Shown here: positions 58,931 to 64,000 of the stretch, in pieces
How the letters are laid out: every line of letters starts with the position of its first letter
Numbering within the stretch: the first letter of the stretch is position 1
From: Magallana gigas
Taxonomy: Eukaryota
Direction of reading: 5' to 3'
NCBI RefSeq assembly: GCF_963853765.1
Contig: NC_088853.1
Span: 70,866,001 to 70,930,000, forward strand
DNA: 64,000 bases
The notes under the pieces: generated by a model
What the model saw: only the letters and a program-made list of their open reading frames with translations
What the model was told of the DNA's origin: nothing
Databases searched by the model: none
Position numbers and translations under genes: made by a program

Positions 58931-59805
58931 AACTAATGTATTACCAGTAACTACTTTTTGAATGTGTATGCATAAAAATTATTCATGACGTTCTTTTCAT
59001 ATTACCAGTAATATTTGTCTTTAAATAAAATTGCTTTCTAAAATGAAATATGTCTCATGTTGATATATCATAATTGTATTCAATGTAGATATGTAAAATC
59101 ATGCCATTATGATTCAAACATATTTAAAATGGTTTCATATTTTTAAGGGTTCACATCAAATAAAATGTTGCCAATTTTTCAAGCCAATTTTGCCAAAAAG
59201 CATACGAAAGCTTCACTGCACATTTCAAATTCTGGGATATATCAAGTTGGCATATATTAAATAAAGCTAGATTTTAACAGACACAATTTAGATTACAAAT
59301 TGTCTAATATGATTTTGTGCATGCTTCTTGTTATAATCTTGGAAATAAAGAAAGGTTGCGTGAAATAACTCATATTTGGTAACCACTTTTTTAATATATA
59401 AAACTGGATATGTATTGCATGATCTCTGATATGAAAATCAATGAACTAGAATATTGGCGTCCTCTAATTGTGTAGATTCAACTTGTTCAAATTATGACTA
59501 CAGGTTATAAAATTGGCCAACAATTGGTGCTAAATTTGAAACTACTATACATTTTAGCAAATGCATGAATGTATCTTTAGAGAACCATAACTCTTCAAAT
59601 CTGTGCACAAAACTGCAGAAATTAACATACCATCAGTGATATATTTAATTTATATTGCGCAATTTATTTTCATTCCCACCCCTCAATAAAAATATTTAAT
59701 CTTGCATTAAGAAAACTATGGTACATAACTATGCTAATTTTAATATTAAATATCACTATTCTTAATTATTTAAAGTATTTTAAGTCAAAATAGTTAGCAA
59801 TTTTG

Positions 59806-59842
59806 GCTCAGATGACCGATGTGGCCCATGGGCCTCTTGTTT
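59806..59842 (+). mobile_element. HINE/Helentron-type right end
   Basis: GCTCAGATGACCG (10/13 to the inverse of the 42981-42993 left arm), perfect palindrome GGCCCATGGGCC (59823-59834), then TCTTGTTT. Confidence 0.8.
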
Positions 59843-61026
59843 AGGTCATTTGTCCGAAAAACAAGATATTAAATTGGTGTGGCCATATATCAATAAAATA
59901 CATACATGCAGGTACAGTTACCGGTACTTAAAGTACATTGTACCAGTTTACGGCAATATGAAAAAATTGATAGAGCACCCTGCTCACTGGTTTATAACCT
60001 AACTGTTTTCAAATTACAAATATTGCTTTTAGTCTTTAAACAGGTATTTATATATTTACTGCACAATTTTTTAAAACTGCATGCAAGAAAACCAAAACAA
60101 ACTTGTTCTAATCAATTTTTATGTGAAGCCTAAACATTCCTTCACATAATATAGTACATGTAAAAATATTTTCATATTTGACTCAGAGCTCGTCTAAATT
60201 TTTGAAAAATGCCACAAATAAAATATTTGATTGCATATTCAGAGCTTAAATAAAGTAGATTAACTCTAAATACACAGGGCTGATATGAATACTAGGCATT
60301 AAAAGCTTTTTGAAGTGAAACTAACAATTTACAATAATTAAGAAATTCATTGCATACATACCGAATAAATCAATTTAATGTACCCCCATTAATAGTTGCC
60401 TTGATTCAAGAAAACTATACTACTGACACAAAAGAATATAACTTACTAAATTGAACAATAAAATCCAAAATAAGGAGTTTTTAAAACCACTATGAAGCAA
60501 CTATTTTGGATACAAAATTTCAACACCCTCTTTCAGCACTTACCATAATTACTATCTCATACCAGGTATAATTAATCTTGAGAAAATCATACCTTTAATC
60601 ATACAAATTAACCTATATCACTTTCTACATACATTGTGCATCTACAGGTGAAAATGTCTGGTATATTACCATGAACAATGACGCCCAAGACTCAAAATAA
60701 TGATGAGAGTGCCAAAAAGATATTACTACAGTATTACAATTAGTAAACCTTCTAGCAGACCTCATACATCTTGGGCAATCAGGGTTCAATGCCAGCAACC
60801 AAACTCATACACATGATACATTTGTAGTTATAGTTATATTTCTATACGCCACAAAAAGAGACAACTGACATAATAAGAGAATATCAGAAATTATGGAAAT
60901 AAAAGAAATTAGAAATTTATGTATAATAGCTATATGTATGCCTATTTCCCTCCTTATAATTTTAATCAAAGTGATTTCGAACTTCATATTTTTCATGTAC
61001 ATGTAATATATACATAATTATGTAAT

Positions 61027-61027
<1 letters not shown>

Positions 61028-61084
<57 letters not shown>
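61028..61084. repeat. (GA)n microsatellite
   Basis: Pure GA run. Confidence 0.95.
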
Positions 61085-61086
<2 letters not shown>

Positions 61087-61762
61087 AGGCTTAATTACGT
61101 TCTTCTCTCCATTCATGCCTTAAAGGGAACCAAATTTGCCCATTCATCTGCCTTGGTATTTTTGAAAAATAAATGAGCAATGAGTAAAAAATATTATAGT
61201 ATGTGACCTTTTGGCATCTGATTTTCATTTCCCGTAACAATCGCAACATCTCGGGCCTTTTCCGGAGACCAAGGAAAACAGAAAGTTTTCCGAATGTTCT
61301 TGCAATCAACTGCTCCTCTGTTTCTATTCTCGCATATCAAACAGGTATTGCCAGTCTAGAAATCAATAATAGTCGTATATATCATATTAAACCGCCTTTC
61401 CCCTGTTAAAATTTGGTAATGTCATCTAGAGTCAGATTAGTTTTCCGACAAAATGCCACCCTGAAAATGAAAGTAAAAGTAGGAAATGTTTTCTTTAGTC
61501 TCGAATCCTCCAGACTCTCGCTCTCGAGAACGAGAGTCTGGGGTAAGCTATACTATATTTTCTTCAATTCTCTCCTTCAAATGATATTTTTTCTACAAAT
61601 CCTATTTTCTGACATGTATCAAGCACTCTGATTTAAAACATCACAGTAAGAATATAATATAAATGGGATATACCATATAAACAATCGGAACATCGCTCGG
61701 CCTTTTCCGTTAATTCGAGACGAACCCGATTGACCATATAAGGTAGGCCTCATGTTTTGACA

Positions 61763-61773
61763 TTCCCGCCAAA
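61763..61773 (+). promoter_or_regulatory. E2F-like site upstream of the OB-fold-like exon
   Basis: TTCCCGCCAAA 17 bp before the ATG; a YY1-like AAAATGGC overlaps the ATG. Confidence 0.4.
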
Positions 61774-61790
61774 TTGTCAGAGTCGTCAAA

Positions 61791-61990
61791 ATGGCTGCGC
61801 CGAAAAAAATCAAGTTAGACGAGCAATCGATAGAAGTAGAAGGTTACGTTCACAACGTCTCTCCACTGAAAGTGTCTAGAAATAACAACAACTACTTTAA
61901 CGCAATATTTCAGGAGGAGGGAAAATACACCGATCTTGTATGTTTTGTACAAGATTACAATTCTGTTCTGAAGGACATCGAGAAAACAAA
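61791..61990 (+). CDS. Probable first exon of an OB-fold/RPA-like ssDNA-binding protein gene
   Basis: AAAATGGC start and strong donor AA|GTAAGT. The peptide VEGYVHNVSPLKVSRNNNNYFNAIFQEEGKYTDLVCF has the beta-strand pattern I recall from Helitron-associated OB-fold proteins. An N-terminal PKKIK is NLS-like. No downstream exon found. Confidence 0.55.
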
Positions 61991-62073
61991 GTAAGTAAAT
62001 TATATTTAAATTGCCTAACTAGTGTTTATTATGAAATCTCATGACAAAAATTATTATGAACTATAGTGAAGTG

Positions 62074-62331
62074 CAGGCACGTAGCGTCGTTTTTGAAAGT
62101 GGGGGGCCAGACTCGTCCAAAAAATGTAGACAAGGTTGGCCTACTATATAACCTCATATCTTTATTTTTTTTCGTATCAATTCTTTACATACTCCCAAAA
62201 AAGTGGGGGGGGGGGCAACTCCATGATTAGTCCATTTTTTATATGTAAATTTTTAAAAAATTTGTTGCTGCGAGAGAAAGTGGGGGGGGGGGGGGGGGGG
62301 GCGCCAGGCCCCCCCTAATGCTACGTGCCTG
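62074..62331. mobile_element. Short TIR element with 5-bp target duplication
   Basis: Perfect 12-bp TIR CAGGCACGTAGC / GCTACGTGCCTG; AAGTG duplicated (62069-62073, 62332-62336); internal poly-G tracts. Confidence 0.85.
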
Positions 62332-63635
62332 AAGTGTAACTTTCTGGATTACGTAACGTGCAAGTACCCATTACTGCCCAAAAATACACAACTTTCCTCA
62401 TTACTCTCTTTATGTAAGCTATCATGTAAAATTTTTATTGCAAATCTCTGTATTGTTCATATACTTTATTTAAGTAATTATTTTTTTATTCTCATCAATA
62501 CCGCCTCACTTGTAAAAATTAACCCTGTCCATGATCTTCGATTTACAGGAAGTCGAATACCCATTATTGTCACTCATATTTTTCGTCATTTTTCAGTAAT
62601 TAATCGGTAAAAAGGTCAAAATTTTAAAAGAATTTAACAATACAAGATAAAATGCAAAAAAAATAACATGAAAAATTATTTAATTTAAAACAATTCCATC
62701 ATATTATTAACAGGATTGTTTTTTATGTCTCTGCAACCATGTGCACACAAACAGACGAACATGTGCTTCAAAAATCTCGAGGCAAATGATTAAAAATATT
62801 TTAAAAAATGCATTGTTTATTTATCAAAAGCTCTTGAAAATAAGTTTCAGTGTGTCCAGTAAAAGAAGTAATATGTGTGAAAGTTAACAGCAACGCCTCC
62901 ACATTACACCACAGGTGCGCAAGGATAAATCTTTGATCCGCTTCAGGTTGCAGACAAAATGGCGTTGTACAAGCAAGCAGACGCTCAGTTTTCTTTCTTA
63001 AATATTGTGTAGTACAAATGGTATCTTGTTTATTTCTTTCAAATATCATAACACAGAATTATATACATCTCGAATTAACACCTATACAAAAAATGCCCTG
63101 TCACCAAAGTGGATTGCAAGTCAAACATTCGTTGGCATGTGTCATTGCAAGGATACAAATGAGATACATTTTCTTAGGCTTACTTTTGTTAAGCTGAGTT
63201 CCGAGATGTTTAAAGTAAATTTTGTTCGTTCCCAACTCTTATAGTGTCTTAAAAACTTAATTATTTATTTATTTTCATTTGTAGCTAAAAACAATGAATA
63301 TATAAGGGAAATATTGTTGTTTTTATAGCAATATGCAATAATGGATACTCTGCAGTAATTGGTACTCGCACGTTAACATTCAGTGTTGAACCTTAGCTAA
63401 AGGTCTGTAACTCCCGGTCTGAAAAAAATCGGAGGAATGACCTGGGAGGCACAGTGCCTCTCATGGTAAAAATCTGCAATTTACGGCGCACAAAAATTGC
63501 GCTAGTTTTGGACCAATTAATCTTATTTCCAGACATATCCTATACATATATATACATATATTGATTCAAAAAAATTCCTCAGACATTTTATTATAGTCTG
63601 TCCCATGTCATTGCTTCCGTCACTTTTAGATGATA

Positions 63636-64000
63636 TTTAGGTCACCAGATTCACTTAGGTGACCTATTGCAATTGGTCTTCATCTGTTGTTGTGCGTTAA
63701 CAATTTTACATTTTTAAATTCTTCTTGAAAACTACAAGGCCAATTGTTGCCATTTTTTATGTGAAGCATCTCTATGGTAAGAAGAATCTAAATTGTCAAA
63801 TTCATGGCTCTACCAACCCCGGAGCGCCACAGGTGGGGCCAAATATGCAAAAAAAGCCGTCTTTTCAAAAATCTTCTTCTCTACTCCCACTCAGATGAGG
63901 AAAAAACTGAATGCATGGTTATCATGTCGATGAAGCCCTCTACCAAATTGTGAAATTCATGGCCCCTGGGTTAGGGGTTCAGGCTCTAGGGTGGAGCCAA
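63636..64000 (+). mobile_element. HINE/Helentron-type left end with satellite-like body, truncated by the window end
   Basis: T-run, hairpin TAGGTCACC..GGTGACCTA (63638-63666), decayed GTC-type microsatellite, then CTTCTT..GCATCTCTATGG..AATTGT monomer motifs related to those at 43107-43375. Confidence 0.75.

Noticed and set aside
60640-61410. Exons of a divergent minus-strand gene upstream of the OB-fold candidate
   Set aside because: Several short open frames and weak donors exist, but no consistent exon chain or recognisable protein.
62549-63300. Second exon of the OB-fold-like gene
   Set aside because: Acceptors at 62548, 62850 and about 63284 all give early stops in the required phase.

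Overview
AT-rich animal genomic DNA. The repeat types suggest a bivalve, probably an oyster (inference). Main contents: (1) A + strand multi-exon gene. I can join 25 exons with AG/GT boundaries and consistent phases (9845-42834, about 1,648 codons). The product is coiled-coil and low-complexity, with a C-terminal part resembling FAM186A/B; its last exon was not found. (2) Introns crowded with MITEs, satellite-carrying Helentron-type non-autonomous elements (HINE-like), a LINE fragment, a SINE, minisatellites and one 169-N gap. In four introns the 3' end of the preceding exon plus its splice donor has been tandemly duplicated. (3) An uninterrupted 2,568-codon ORF (48198-55904) of a Helentron-class rolling-circle transposon. 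It fuses a herpesvirus-tegument-type cysteine protease/deubiquitinase-like domain, a 42-aa basic repeat array, a Cys cluster, an HUH Rep, a PIF1-family helicase and an AP-endonuclease (EEP) domain. It lies between a HINE-type left end (~42977) and a HINE-type right end (~59842). (4) A probable first exon of an OB-fold/RPA-like gene (61791-61990) with an E2F-like site just upstream. Exon calls, family names and boundaries were made by eye; no searches were run.
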